Assembly: GCA_029261875.1 (NCBI GenBank) | Contig: JAJDAL010000006.1 | Span: 120,765 to 184,764 of the forward strand | Length of the DNA stretch: 64,000 nt | Source: Deltaproteobacteria bacterium | Lineage (GTDB): Bacteria; Myxococcota_A; UBA9160; JAJDAL01 | Direction: 5' to 3' | In this document: one piece after another, positions 45,848-55,386 of the stretch | Position numbering within the stretch: the stretch's first letter is position 1 | How the letters are laid out: every line of letters begins with the position of its first letter | Notes under the pieces: generated by a model | The model's database searches: none | Told to the model about the DNA's origin: nothing | What the model saw: the letters and a program-made list of their open reading frames with translations, nothing else | Position numbers and translations under genes: made by a program

Positions 45848-47143
45848 ATGGCGGATCCCAGGCAGAACGACGCGGAAGGGAACCAACTCCCGGCGCTCCG
45901 AACCGAAGTTCCCGGTCCGCGCTCCCGCGCCCTGGCAACGCGCCTTTCGGCGGTGGAGAGTCGCAACGTCACCTGCGCGCACCCCGAAGCGCCCATCTTT
46001 TGGGAACGCGCACGCGGGTCCAACGTGTGGGACGTCGACGGAAACCGATTCGTGGATCTGTGCGCCGCCTTCGGTGTCGCGAACACCGGTCACGCGCATC
46101 CGGAAGTCGTTGCCGCGGCCCAGCGCCAAACCGAGTGTCTCCCTCACGGCATGGGGGATGTGCATCCCTCGGGCGTCAAGGTCGAGTTGCTCGAGAAACT
46201 CGTCGACCGGTTCCCCGGCGGCGCTGACGCGCGCGCCGTCCTGGTGTCCTCGGGTTCCGATGCGGTGGAGGTCGCACTCAAGACCGCGTTACTCGCGACG
46301 GGCAAACCGGGCGTCGTCGCGTTCGAAGGCGGTTACCACGGCCTATCCCTGGGCGCTCTCGACGTCACCTGGCGCGCAGATTTTCGCGCTCCCTTCGCAG
46401 CACGCCTGCCCAACGCCACATCCTTTGCGCGCTACGGCGACATGCACGACTTCGCGCGCGTCGCGGGCGAACACGTCGGGGGAATCGGCGCCGTGATCGT
46501 AGAACCCCTTCAGGGACGCGGCGGCGAGCGTGTTCCACCGGAAGGTTTCTTGCGGGAATTGCGCGAAGCGTGCGACCGGAACGGCTGGCTCTTGATCGCC
46601 GACGAGGTCTATACGGGCTTTGGCCGCACGGGAAAGACATTCGCCTGTGAACACGAAGCCGTCGTTCCGGATCTATTGTGCTGCGGGAAGGGATTGTCCT
46701 CGGCGTTTCCCATGGCGGCCTGCATCGGGCGCAAGGAAATCATGGACGCCTGGCCCGCATCGACCGGGGAAGCGCTCCACACCCAAACCTTTCTCGGTCA
46801 CCCGGTGGGTTGTGCGGCCGCCCTCGCTTCCCTGGCCGCGATCGACAATGAAAAGCTCACCCAACGCAGTGCGGAAAATGGCGCACGCAGCTTGCAACAG
46901 CTGCGCGAACGGCTCGGCACCCACCGGAACGTCACGGACATCCGCGGACGCGGGCTCATGCTGGGGATCGAGTGCCGGGACGGAGCGATTGCGTCCCGGG
47001 CCTGCGCGCGCGCGCTTTCGCGCGGCATCATCTTGCTCCCGTCGGGCGAAGGGGGACGGGTACTCTCGCTCACTCCCCCCCTTTCCATCGACCTCGACCT
47101 GCTGCTTTGGTGCGTGGGCGAGCTCGCCCAGGCGATCCCGTGA
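45848..47143 (+). CDS. Class-III (ArgD/GabT-like) PLP aminotransferase
   Basis: ORF 45638..47143 trimmed to ATG 45848. Motifs DEVYTGFGRTG, PLP-Lys LLCCGKGLSS and EPLQGRGG. Confidence 0.85.
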   Translation: MADPRQNDAEGNQLPALRTEVPGPRSRALATRLSAVESRNVTCAHPEAPIFWERARGSNVWDVDGNRFVDLCAAFGVANTGHAHPEVVAAAQRQTECLPHGMGDVHPSGVKVELLEKLVDRFPGGADARAVLVSSGSDAVEVALKTALLATGKPGVVAFEGGYHGLSLGALDVTWRADFRAPFAARLPNATSFARYGDMHDFARVAGEHVGGIGAVIVEPLQGRGGERVPPEGFLRELREACDRNGWLLIADEVYTGFGRTGKTFACEHEAVVPDLLCCGKGLSSAFPMAACIGRKEIMDAWPASTGEALHTQTFLGHPVGCAAALASLAAIDNEKLTQRSAENGARSLQQLRERLGTHRNVTDIRGRGLMLGIECRDGAIASRACARALSRGIILLPSGEGGRVLSLTPPLSIDLDLLLWCVGELAQAIP

Positions 47144-48243
47144 GCGAAGCCCGCAACGAGCTCGATCGCGCGATGCTGGAATGGATGGCCGATGCGGCCT
47201 TCAAACCCGACGCTGCCCGCTTCGAGCGGCTGGCGCTCGACCTGTTCGCGTTTCAGTTCGAACATTGCGACATCTACCGCGCCTTCTGCGAAGGCCGGGG
47301 CCGGACGCCGGTCAGCGTGAAGAATTGGCGGGACATTCCCGCGGTCCCCACGGATGCCTTCAAGGAATACGCGTTGCGAACGTTTCCGGAATCGCGCGTT
47401 CGCCACGTCTTCCGCACCAGCGGCACCACATCGTCCCAGCGCGGCACGCTGTACCTCGATCGCCTCGATCTCTACGAAGCGTCGCTCCTACCGACCTTTC
47501 GCCACTACATGCTTCCGGACCTTCCGGAAGGCGGCCGCACGCTGATTCGCGCACTCGCCTCGGATCCCGCGGAAGCGTCGGATTCTTCGCTCTCCCACAT
47601 GTTCGGCGTCGTCGTCCAGGCGTGCGGCAGCGGCGCCTCGGGTTTCGACGTCGCGAACGGAACCCTCGATACGGAGTCTTGTGTGCATCAACTCCGGCGC
47701 GCCATCCAACGCGGCACCCCCGTTACGCTGTGCGGGCCGGCTTTCGCATTCGTCCACCTGCTCGACTCCCTCGAACACGCAGACGAACGCATCGCTCTCC
47801 CGGAGCGATCGCGGATCATGGAGACTGGCGGGTTCAAGGGCCGCTCGCGCGCCGTCGAACGCAGGGAACTCTACGCGGCGATCTCCGAGTACCTGGGCGT
47901 TCCCGAAGAACGCATCGTAAATCAATATGGAATGACGGAACTCGGCAGCCAATTCTACGACGGCGTGCTGCGCGCACCCGATGCACCTCGCCGCAAGGAA
48001 GGACCGCCCTGGGCGCGCGTTCGCGTCATCGACCCGGAAACCGCCAGCGATGCGGCGCCGGGGGAAATCGGTTTTCTGGTCGTCGTCGATCTCGCCAATA
48101 CCGGCAGCTCGATCGCAATCCAAACCGCGGATCTGGGACGTCGAGTGGGAGATGGTTTCGAAGTGCTCGGTCGATCCGAAACCGCCGATCTGCGCGGCTG
48201 CTCCATCGCCATCGACAGCCTGCTCGGCGGAAAGAATCCGTGA
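47140..48243 (+). CDS. LuxE-like acyl-protein synthetase / acyl-adenylate-forming enzyme
   Basis: GTG 47140 overlaps the upstream stop (GTGA). 367 aa. LuxE-family pattern FERLALDLFAFQFEHCDIYRAFC...WRDIPAVPTDAFK...FRTSGTTS...METGGFKG. Confidence 0.8.
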   Translation: MSEARNELDRAMLEWMADAAFKPDAARFERLALDLFAFQFEHCDIYRAFCEGRGRTPVSVKNWRDIPAVPTDAFKEYALRTFPESRVRHVFRTSGTTSSQRGTLYLDRLDLYEASLLPTFRHYMLPDLPEGGRTLIRALASDPAEASDSSLSHMFGVVVQACGSGASGFDVANGTLDTESCVHQLRRAIQRGTPVTLCGPAFAFVHLLDSLEHADERIALPERSRIMETGGFKGRSRAVERRELYAAISEYLGVPEERIVNQYGMTELGSQFYDGVLRAPDAPRRKEGPPWARVRVIDPETASDAAPGEIGFLVVVDLANTGSSIAIQTADLGRRVGDGFEVLGRSETADLRGCSIAIDSLLGGKNP

Positions 48244-49529
48244 CCCAATCCGCCGTGACCGAACGATTGCTGCAGCTCGAGGAAGCCGGGAAACGGCTGC
48301 GGGAGCGATCGGTGCGGGAAGTCGTCGCCGCCCTGGCCGCCACCCTGGACGCCTGGCGCGATCCCACTTCGGCCTGGCGCCGCAGCTTGGAAGCAGAGCT
48401 CCCCAAGGAAACGGGTTTCGCGCCGGACATGGTTCGAACGGGCATGTCGCTTGCCCTCGAGAGCTGGACATCCGACGCTTTCTTGGATTTGATCGACGAC
48501 GAATTGGGCGGGATCGAAGCACTCGAGGCCATCGAGGGCCCCACGGTCTCGGGCTATCCCACCACCGCGCTCCTGCTGGCCGGCGCGATCCCCAGCCCGA
48601 CTCTGTTGCAGATTCTCGCCCCCCTGGTGCTTCGTTCACCCGTCGCCGTGAAGACCGCGTCCCACGATTCCGTGACCGCCGACCTGGTAGCGCGATCGAT
48701 CGAGAACCAGGACCCGCAGCTGGGTGAATGCGTCGAGGTCCTGGGGTTCCCGGGAAGCAACGCGAACGCCATCAACGCACTGCTGGAAGCCCCTTGCATC
48801 GTCGCCAACGGGTCCGACGCAACGATCGAGGCCGTAGCCAAGCGCATTTTCCCCGGCCAACGCTTCATCCCCTACGGACACAAAGTCTCCGTGGGCGCCT
48901 TGGGTCCCCACGCCGTCACTTCGCCCGAATGCCAGGAATCCGCGGAAGCCCTGGCCCAGGACGTGGTGCTCTGGGATCAGCTCGGATGCCTTTCGCCGGT
49001 CGCGGTCTTCGTGTCGAGCGTGGACAAGCGCGCTCCCGAACGCTTTGCCGAGGAACTCGCCAGCGCCCTGGCGGCCCTCGAAGTTCGCTGGCCGCGCTGT
49101 CGCGTCGACGTCGCCACCGGCGAGTCCATCGTTCGCGAGCGATCCATGGCGGAAATGCGGCGCGCCCAGGGCGGGTCCGTGCGTGTGTTGGCGGATTCGG
49201 GGACGCGTTGGACCGTGGTTCTCGAAGACGACACGGAGCTTCGCGCGCAACCGCGCCACCGCTTCGTCCGCGTGCATCCGGTTGCCAGTGAATCCGTGTT
49301 GCTCGATTCGCTGGCACCACTCTCCCCGCACCTTTCTGCCGTTGCGCTCGCGGGTTTCGGCCCCAAGAGCCACGAGATCGCGCGCGCTTTGGCAGACCTC
49401 GGCGCGTCACGCATCTGCAGGCCGGGCTCCCTCCAGGCGCCACCGCTTCGTTGGCGCCGCGACAACCGCGGTGTCCTGACCCCCCTCGCGCGATTCAGCG
49501 AGCATTCCCGTGAAAGCGGGGAATCTTGA
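48240..49529 (+). CDS. LuxC-like acyl-CoA/acyl-protein reductase (aldehyde-forming)
   Basis: GTG 48240 overlaps the upstream stop (GTGA). 429 aa. LuxC-family pattern TTALLLAGAIPSPTLLQILAPLVLRSPVAVKTAS and catalytic-Cys context LWDQLGCLSP. Confidence 0.8.
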   Translation: MTQSAVTERLLQLEEAGKRLRERSVREVVAALAATLDAWRDPTSAWRRSLEAELPKETGFAPDMVRTGMSLALESWTSDAFLDLIDDELGGIEALEAIEGPTVSGYPTTALLLAGAIPSPTLLQILAPLVLRSPVAVKTASHDSVTADLVARSIENQDPQLGECVEVLGFPGSNANAINALLEAPCIVANGSDATIEAVAKRIFPGQRFIPYGHKVSVGALGPHAVTSPECQESAEALAQDVVLWDQLGCLSPVAVFVSSVDKRAPERFAEELASALAALEVRWPRCRVDVATGESIVRERSMAEMRRAQGGSVRVLADSGTRWTVVLEDDTELRAQPRHRFVRVHPVASESVLLDSLAPLSPHLSAVALAGFGPKSHEIARALADLGASRICRPGSLQAPPLRWRRDNRGVLTPLARFSEHSRESGES

Positions 49530-49563
49530 AGCCCTGGTCTTGCACCCGTTGTAGAGTGGGGGC

Positions 49564-50733
49564 ATGACGCTGGACTGGGTTATCGATGTCGATACGCATA
49601 TCACCGAGCCCGCAGACCTTTGGACCAGCCGACTCCCCGCAAAGTTTCACGATCGCGCGCCCCACATCGTCCGCAACCCGGAAACCCAATGGGACATCTG
49701 GCAGATTGGCGATGCCTCGCCCCTGGTACCCGTGGGTTTCACCGCCGTCGCGGGCTGGCCGGAGCCCTTTCCCGCAGCTCCGCGCAACATGGACGAAGTC
49801 CCGAAGGCCAGCTTCGACGCCAACGCGCGGCTCGAATACATGGACTCCCTCGGAATCTGGGCCATGGCCCTCTACCCCAACGTCGGGGGCTTCGGCAGCC
49901 AGGCCTTTCTGAACCTGAAAGATCCCGAGCTGATGCTCGCCTGCGTGCAGGCCTACAACGACTTTCTGTGTGATTGGATCGCACCGGATCCGCGCCGCTT
50001 CATCCCCATCGCCGCCATGCCCTTCTGGGATGTCGAAGCCACGCGCGCGGAGATCCAGCGCTGCGCAAAACTCGGCCACAAAGGGGTCTTGTTCACGGGC
50101 GAACCCCAGTCCCACGGCTTTCCCGTCCTCGCCAACCCCCATTGGGACCCGGTCTGGGCCACAGCTCAGGATTGTGACCTGCCCGTGAGCTTCCACATCG
50201 GCACCGGGGATTTCGACGGCGAGTTCAGTCCCGACCGAATCAGCGCATCGGGCGTCGGTGCCACCAACGCCTATGCGGCGGTTTCCCTGTTCCTGGAAAA
50301 CGGCAAACAGCTGGCGGATTTGCTGCTATCGGGCGTGCTCGCGCGTTTCCCGAAGCTGCGCGTGGTTTCCGTCGAAAGCGGCATCGGGTTCATACCCTTC
50401 ATCCTCGAAGCCTGCGATTACACCTTCGAGTATTCGAAGATCCGCCTTCAGCGGCCGGAATTCGAGATGCTTCCGTCCGAATACTTCCAGCGACAGGTCT
50501 ACGGCTGCTACTTCTTCGAGGAAGTGGCGCCCCAGCGTCTACTCGACAAGATCGGCGAGGACAACGTGTTGTTCGAAACCGACTACCCCCACCCGGTTTG
50601 CTTGTTTGGCGATGTCCGCGAACGCATCGATGCGGGGCTACGCGGCGCGAGCGAGAAAACCCGACGCAAGCTTCTGTTCGACAACGCCGCAAAACTCTAC
50701 AAGGTCGACCCACCGGACCGCCCCGCCGCGTAG
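49564..50733 (+). CDS. Amidohydrolase-2 (ACMSD-like metal-dependent hydrolase/decarboxylase) family protein
   Basis: 389 aa. VIDVDTHITEP at the N-terminus, and FETDYPHP near the C-terminus. Confidence 0.85.
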   Translation: MTLDWVIDVDTHITEPADLWTSRLPAKFHDRAPHIVRNPETQWDIWQIGDASPLVPVGFTAVAGWPEPFPAAPRNMDEVPKASFDANARLEYMDSLGIWAMALYPNVGGFGSQAFLNLKDPELMLACVQAYNDFLCDWIAPDPRRFIPIAAMPFWDVEATRAEIQRCAKLGHKGVLFTGEPQSHGFPVLANPHWDPVWATAQDCDLPVSFHIGTGDFDGEFSPDRISASGVGATNAYAAVSLFLENGKQLADLLLSGVLARFPKLRVVSVESGIGFIPFILEACDYTFEYSKIRLQRPEFEMLPSEYFQRQVYGCYFFEEVAPQRLLDKIGEDNVLFETDYPHPVCLFGDVRERIDAGLRGASEKTRRKLLFDNAAKLYKVDPPDRPAA

Positions 50734-50744
50734 CGGGGCATTCG

Positions 50745-51782
50745 TCAGGCGGCCGCGCGCGCCCCGGCGCGGACCAAGCGTTCGTGCTCGATCGCTTCAT
50801 CCACGTCCGACGTGGTGTTGTGTTCGAACTCCAGGATTCCGAGATCGGCGAAGCGCTGGCGCTGGCGGCCCGAAAGCAGACCGAGGCTCTTCACGTTGGG
50901 CACGATCTTCGAGAACAGGCGACGCCGGTACTCGATGGAGAACGGCGACGTCTCCCACGCTTGGATGCAGGCATCGGGATCCATGCCCATGTTCTCCCAG
51001 ACTTCGCGGGAATTGATGCGATCGCGCATCAGAACAGACGCTTCGTAGATGAAATCCTCGCGCTCCAGCCGTTCTCTCTCGCTCAAGTCTTTGCAATGCT
51101 CGCGAAGCGACAGCACACCGAACGCCACGTGGCGCGATTCGTCTTCCATCACCGCTGCGGTGAGGTCGCGGAGCAGCGGATTGTTCGCGGTATCGCGGAT
51201 CATGCCGAATGCCGCCAGGGCGAGGCCCTCCACGATGATCTGCATGCCGAGAAACTTCATGTCCCAGCGCGAGTCGGTCAAGATCGCGTCGAGGAGCTTC
51301 TTGAGTTCGGGATTCACGGGATATTCGTGCTGCATTTTTTCTTGTACGAAGCGGCGGTAGACCTCCACGTGGCGCGCCTCATCCATGACCTGGGTCGCGC
51401 CGTACTGTTTGGCTTCGTACCAAGGCACGGAATCGACGACCTGGGCCGTAGCGAGCAGTGCGCCTTGTTCACCGTGCAGGAACTGGCATAGCTGCCAGGT
51501 CAACATCTCGTGGCGAAGCTTCCCGATTTCTCGCGGGGACAGCGTTTGCCACAGAGGGGTGTTGAAGATCGCGATGCTGGCGTCGGGTACCAGCTCCGAA
51601 TTCGGATCGACGTCGATCGACCAATCCAGGCGCGTCGCTCCATCCCACTGATGCGCCTTGGCCTTCTCGTACAGGCGATTCAGATGCTTTCGATCCGTCG
51701 AATAGGCCCAGTTGTACGAGACATCCTGGGGCACGCGAAAGGATTCGACGGGATTCGTTTCAGGGTGAAGTTGCAAGGACAT
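50745..51782 (-). CDS. Ferritin-like di-iron carboxylate protein (putative di-iron oxygenase)
   Basis: 345 aa. Four-helix di-iron ligand pattern FLHGEQGA, VMDEARH, IIVEGLA and VMEDESRH (E, ExxH, E, ExxH). Confidence 0.8.
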   Translation of the reverse strand: MSLQLHPETNPVESFRVPQDVSYNWAYSTDRKHLNRLYEKAKAHQWDGATRLDWSIDVDPNSELVPDASIAIFNTPLWQTLSPREIGKLRHEMLTWQLCQFLHGEQGALLATAQVVDSVPWYEAKQYGATQVMDEARHVEVYRRFVQEKMQHEYPVNPELKKLLDAILTDSRWDMKFLGMQIIVEGLALAAFGMIRDTANNPLLRDLTAAVMEDESRHVAFGVLSLREHCKDLSERERLEREDFIYEASVLMRDRINSREVWENMGMDPDACIQAWETSPFSIEYRRRLFSKIVPNVKSLGLLSGRQRQRFADLGILEFEHNTTSDVDEAIEHERLVRAGARAAA

Positions 51783-51785
51783 GAT

Positions 51786-52490
51786 TTACTCCTGGGTTGT
51801 AGTTTCGGGCAGAGGACACCCGAGATAGCCGAGAAAGGCGCGCATCATTTCGCGAGCGAGATCCGCATCGGACAAGTGGCTGAACGCCTGGGCGAGTTCG
51901 TCGAACAAGACCGTGCGTTCGAGAGAACCGAAAATCAGGTGCAGCCCGAACTCCGTGGCGAGCACCGGGTCCGGGTGTGAAATCTGTTCGCGGCGATCGA
52001 TCAGCAGGACGGACAACTTGCCCGCCACGTAGCGGCTCAGGCGTTGTTCGCGTTGACCGAAGCTCGGATCCGAGCGGCCTTTCACCATGAAGGCGCGCAC
52101 GAGGCCCTTGCGGTCGCGAAAGGTTTGGATCAAGAACGGAATCACGGCGCCGAGAATGTCGACGGTACCGGCGCCTTCCCAGCGCTGGGGGTCGAGGGCC
52201 GCGTCGGCGGTCGCCGTGGCTTCTTCGTAATAGCGCTCGTAGAGGGTGTGGAGAAGCGTGTCCTTGTCGCCAAAACGGGAATAGAACGCGCCCACCGAGG
52301 ACTCGGCGCGTCGTACGATCTCCGCCACCGAAGCATCTTCGAAGCCCTTGTCCGCCACCAACGACTCGGCGGCATCGAGGATTCGGACCAGGGTTTCCTG
52401 GCTGCGCGCCTGACGGGGCGGCTTCACCCACTGCAAGGGAGCTCGCAGAGCGGGGGGAACGGCTTGATGGGTCTCGAACGGGTTACTCAT
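51786..52490 (-). CDS. TetR family transcriptional regulator
   Basis: 234 aa. TetR HTH ARSQETLVRILDAAESLVADKGFEDASVAEIVRRAESSVGAFYSRFGDKD. Its stop lies 3 nt before the di-iron gene start. Confidence 0.85.
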   Translation of the reverse strand: MSNPFETHQAVPPALRAPLQWVKPPRQARSQETLVRILDAAESLVADKGFEDASVAEIVRRAESSVGAFYSRFGDKDTLLHTLYERYYEEATATADAALDPQRWEGAGTVDILGAVIPFLIQTFRDRKGLVRAFMVKGRSDPSFGQREQRLSRYVAGKLSVLLIDRREQISHPDPVLATEFGLHLIFGSLERTVLFDELAQAFSHLSDADLAREMMRAFLGYLGCPLPETTTQE

Positions 52491-52501
52491 CCCGGCCTCT
52501 A

Positions 52502-52523
52502 AATTAGAATCAGTATTCTAATT
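52502..52523. promoter_or_regulatory. Perfect 9-4-9 palindrome; putative TetR operator
   Basis: AATTAGAAT-cagt-ATTCTAATT, verified base by base. It abuts the GAGG RBS and start codon of the TetR gene and overlaps the putative -10. Confidence 0.6.
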
Positions 52524-52548
52524 CTAGTTATAGCGGCCAGAATGTCAA
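52521..52548 (-). promoter_or_regulatory. Putative sigma70-type promoter of the TetR / di-iron operon
   Basis: The minus strand reads TTGACA (52548-52543), N16, TAGAAT (52526-52521). Confidence 0.5.
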
Positions 52549-52581
52549 CTCCCTTGATATCTCCAGCCAAAATCACAGGAA

Positions 52582-52642
52582 TTCAATTCGGACCAATTTC
52601 GTCCGATATTTACGGGACCCCCTAGGTCCGATATGATCGGAC
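52582..52642 (+). promoter_or_regulatory. Putative suf promoter with two GTCCGAT-type inverted repeats (candidate Rrf2 operators)
   Basis: TTCAAT (52582-87), N17, GATATT (52605-10). The spacer holds TCGGAC-N7-GTCCGA (52588-52606). The downstream perfect palindrome GTCCGAT-atg-ATCGGAC lies at 52626-52642. Confidence 0.4.
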
Positions 52643-52698
52643 GCCCGGAAAGCGCCAACGGCGCTTCGGATCAAGCGTTTCCGAACAAGGAGTGGGCT

Positions 52699-53175
52699 TT
52701 GCTTCAGCTCAACAAGTTCAGCGACTACGGCGTGGTGCTCATGGCCTATCTCGCCCGCGAAGGCGAGCGCGCGCCCCACAACGCGCGGGAGATGTCCGAG
52801 ACCCTGCAGCTCCCGCTCCCCACCGTGAGCAAGATCCTGAAGCACCTGGCCCGCGCGGGCCTGCTCGAATCCCAGCGCGGCTGGAAGGGCGGCTACGAGC
52901 TGGCGCGAAAACCGGCGAAGATTTCCGTCGTCGACATCGTCAGTGCCCTCGAAGGCCCCCTCGGTTTGACGGAATGCACGTCGTCGCCGGGCAACTGCTC
53001 GCGCGAATCCCAATGCGCGGTGCGAACCCCCTGGCAGCGCATCAACAGTGCCATTCAAGACGCGTTGAGTCGCGTGACGCTCGCGGAGCTGATCGACCCA
53101 ACGCCTGCCCTACCTCACGTCGACGCCGCAGCATTGGCGCCGCCAGAACCCGCGCGGGAGATCGACCATGGCTGA
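52699..53175 (+). CDS. Rrf2 family transcriptional regulator (IscR/SufR-like)
   Basis: Start moved from ATG 52633 to TTG 52699, which lies 6 nt after AAGGAG and gives [19 protein letters not shown], the typical Rrf2 N-terminus. Cys cluster [14 protein letters not shown]. 8-nt overlap with sufB. Confidence 0.8.
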   Translation: MLQLNKFSDYGVVLMAYLAREGERAPHNAREMSETLQLPLPTVSKILKHLARAGLLESQRGWKGGYELARKPAKISVVDIVSALEGPLGLTECTSSPGNCSRESQCAVRTPWQRINSAIQDALSRVTLAELIDPTPALPHVDAAALAPPEPAREIDHG

Positions 53176-54610
53176 AGCACAGGACCTCCAAAAGCTTGCG
53201 GAGCGCGAATACGAGTTCGGCTTCGTCACCGACATCGAGACCGACTCGGCGCCTCCGGGGCTGTCGGAAGACACCATCCGGATGATCTCGAACAAGAAGG
53301 ACGAACCCGAGTGGCTGCTCGATTGGCGGCTGCGCGCCTACAAGCGCTGGCTCACGCTGGAGGATCCCGCTTGGGCCAAGGTCAAGCACCCGCCGATCAA
53401 CTACCAGGACATCATCTATTACTCGGCCCCCAAGCCGAAGAAGCAACTCGAGAGCCTGGATGAAGTGGATCCGGAAATTCTTCGCGCCTACGAGAAACTC
53501 GGCATTCCGTTGCTCGAGCAGAAGCGACTGGCCGGGGTCGCGGTGGATGCGGTGTTCGACAGCGTTTCCGTCGCTACGACGTTCAAAGCGGAGCTGGAGA
53601 AGCAGGGCATCCTCTTCTGCTCTTTCTCGGAAGCGGTGAAGAACCACCCGGACCTGATCCAGAAATACCTGGGCTCGGTGGTCCCCTACGCGGACAACTT
53701 TTACGCAGCCCTCAACTCGGCGGTCTTCACGGACGGCTCCTTCGCCTACATCCCCGAAGGCGTCCGCTGCCCCATGGAGCTCTCCACCTATTTCCGCATC
53801 AATGCGGCCAACACGGGACAATTCGAACGCACGCTGCTGGTAGCGGATAAGGGTGCGTACGTGAGCTACCTGGAAGGTTGCACCGCGCCCATGCGAGACG
53901 AAAACCAGCTGCACGCGGCGGTGGTGGAACTCGTGGCCCTGGAAGATGCCGAGATCAAGTATTCGACCATCCAGAACTGGTACCCCGGCGACAAGAACGG
54001 GAAGGGCGGCATCTACAATTTCGTCACCAAGCGCGGAAAATGCGCGGGGGCGCGTTCCAAGATCTCCTGGACCCAGGTCGAAACCGGCTCCGCGATCACC
54101 TGGAAGTATCCGAGCTGCATCCTGCAAGGGGACGATTCGGTGGGCGAGTTCTATTCCGTGGCTCTCACCGCAAATCATCAGCAAGCCGACACGGGCACCA
54201 AGATGATTCACATCGGTAAGAACACGAGCAGCACCATCATCTCCAAGGGAATCTCCGCCGGGCATGGCGACAACACCTACCGCGGACTGGTGCGAATGCA
54301 GAAGGGCGCCGACGGCGCGCGCAATTACTCCCAATGCGATTCGCTGCTGCTGGGCGATCAGTGCGGCGCACACACGTTCCCCTACCTCGAAGTACAGAAC
54401 TCGACCGCCACGGTGGAGCACGAGGCAACCACATCGAAGATCGGCGAAGACCAGCTCTTCTATTGCCAACAACGCGGCATTTCCGAAGAAGACGCCATCT
54501 CGTTGATCGTCAACGGCTTCTGCAAACAGGTCTTCCGGGAACTCCCGATGGAGTTTGCCGTCGAAGCCAACAACCTTCTCTCCCTGAGCCTCGAAGGCAG
54601 CGTGGGCTAG
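53168..54610 (+). CDS. sufB: Fe-S cluster assembly scaffold SufB
   Basis: 480 aa; unmistakable SufB sequence throughout (e.g. [37 protein letters not shown]). Confidence 0.95.
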   Translation: MAEAQDLQKLAEREYEFGFVTDIETDSAPPGLSEDTIRMISNKKDEPEWLLDWRLRAYKRWLTLEDPAWAKVKHPPINYQDIIYYSAPKPKKQLESLDEVDPEILRAYEKLGIPLLEQKRLAGVAVDAVFDSVSVATTFKAELEKQGILFCSFSEAVKNHPDLIQKYLGSVVPYADNFYAALNSAVFTDGSFAYIPEGVRCPMELSTYFRINAANTGQFERTLLVADKGAYVSYLEGCTAPMRDENQLHAAVVELVALEDAEIKYSTIQNWYPGDKNGKGGIYNFVTKRGKCAGARSKISWTQVETGSAITWKYPSCILQGDDSVGEFYSVALTANHQQADTGTKMIHIGKNTSSTIISKGISAGHGDNTYRGLVRMQKGADGARNYSQCDSLLLGDQCGAHTFPYLEVQNSTATVEHEATTSKIGEDQLFYCQQRGISEEDAISLIVNGFCKQVFRELPMEFAVEANNLLSLSLEGSVG

Positions 54611-54621
54611 GACGAAACAAC

Positions 54622-55386
54622 ATGACGACCCCGATTCTCGAAATTCAAGATCTCCACGCCCGCGCGGGCGAGCGCGACGTCCTGCAGGGCATCGAGCTCA
54701 CGGTGGCGCCGGGCGAAGTGCACGCCATCATGGGTCCGAACGGCTCCGGCAAGAGCACTCTCGCCAACGTCCTCGCCGGTCGACCCTCGGTGGACGTCAC
54801 CCACGGGAAGGTCCTCTATCGCGGTGCGGACCTGCTGGGGATGGCGCCGGAGCAACGCGCCCGGGAAGGCGTGTTCCTGGCATTTCAATATCCGGTCGAG
54901 ATCCCGGGGATCACGAACATGTACTTCGCGAAGGCCGCGCTCAACGCCGTGCGCGCGCATCGCGGCGAGAAGGAACTCGACGCGTTCGATTTCCTCAGCC
55001 TGGCACGCGAGAAGATGAAGCTCGTCGAAATGGATGAAGCCTTGATGAATCGCGCCATCAACGAAGGCTTCTCGGGCGGGGAAAAGAAGCGCAACGAGAT
55101 CCTGCAGATGGCGATTCTCGAACCCACTCTGGCCGTACTCGACGAAACCGATTCCGGCCTCGACATCGATGCCCTGCGCATCGTCGCCAACGGCGTCAAT
55201 TCGTTGCGCTCAGCGGATCGCTCGATGGTCCTCATCACCCATTACCAGCGCTTGCTCGATTACATCGTTCCCGATGTCGTCCACGTATTGTCCAGTGGGC
55301 GCATCGTTCGCTCCGGTGGAAAAGAACTCGCCCTCGAACTGGAAGAAAAGGGCTACGGATGGCTCGAGGAGGCGGCCGCGGGATGA
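54622..55386 (+). CDS. sufC: Fe-S cluster assembly ATPase SufC
   Basis: ORF 54334..55386 trimmed to ATG 54622. Walker A GPNGSGKST, ABC signature FSGGEKKR, Walker B LAVLDETDSGLD. Confidence 0.95.
   Translation: MTTPILEIQDLHARAGERDVLQGIELTVAPGEVHAIMGPNGSGKSTLANVLAGRPSVDVTHGKVLYRGADLLGMAPEQRAREGVFLAFQYPVEIPGITNMYFAKAALNAVRAHRGEKELDAFDFLSLAREKMKLVEMDEALMNRAINEGFSGGEKKRNEILQMAILEPTLAVLDETDSGLDIDALRIVANGVNSLRSADRSMVLITHYQRLLDYIVPDVVHVLSSGRIVRSGGKELALELEEKGYGWLEEAAAG

Noticed and set aside
46620-48239. First 540 aa of the 969-aa ORF 46620..49529
   Set aside because: Shadow frame over the aminotransferase and LuxE-like genes. LuxC-like homology starts at GTG 48240.
47140-49529. luxE/luxC homologues as a bioluminescence (lux) operon
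   Set aside because: No luxA, luxB or luxD lies nearby. The LLM-family gene at 34914..35954 is 11 kb away, on the other strand, and in a different operon.
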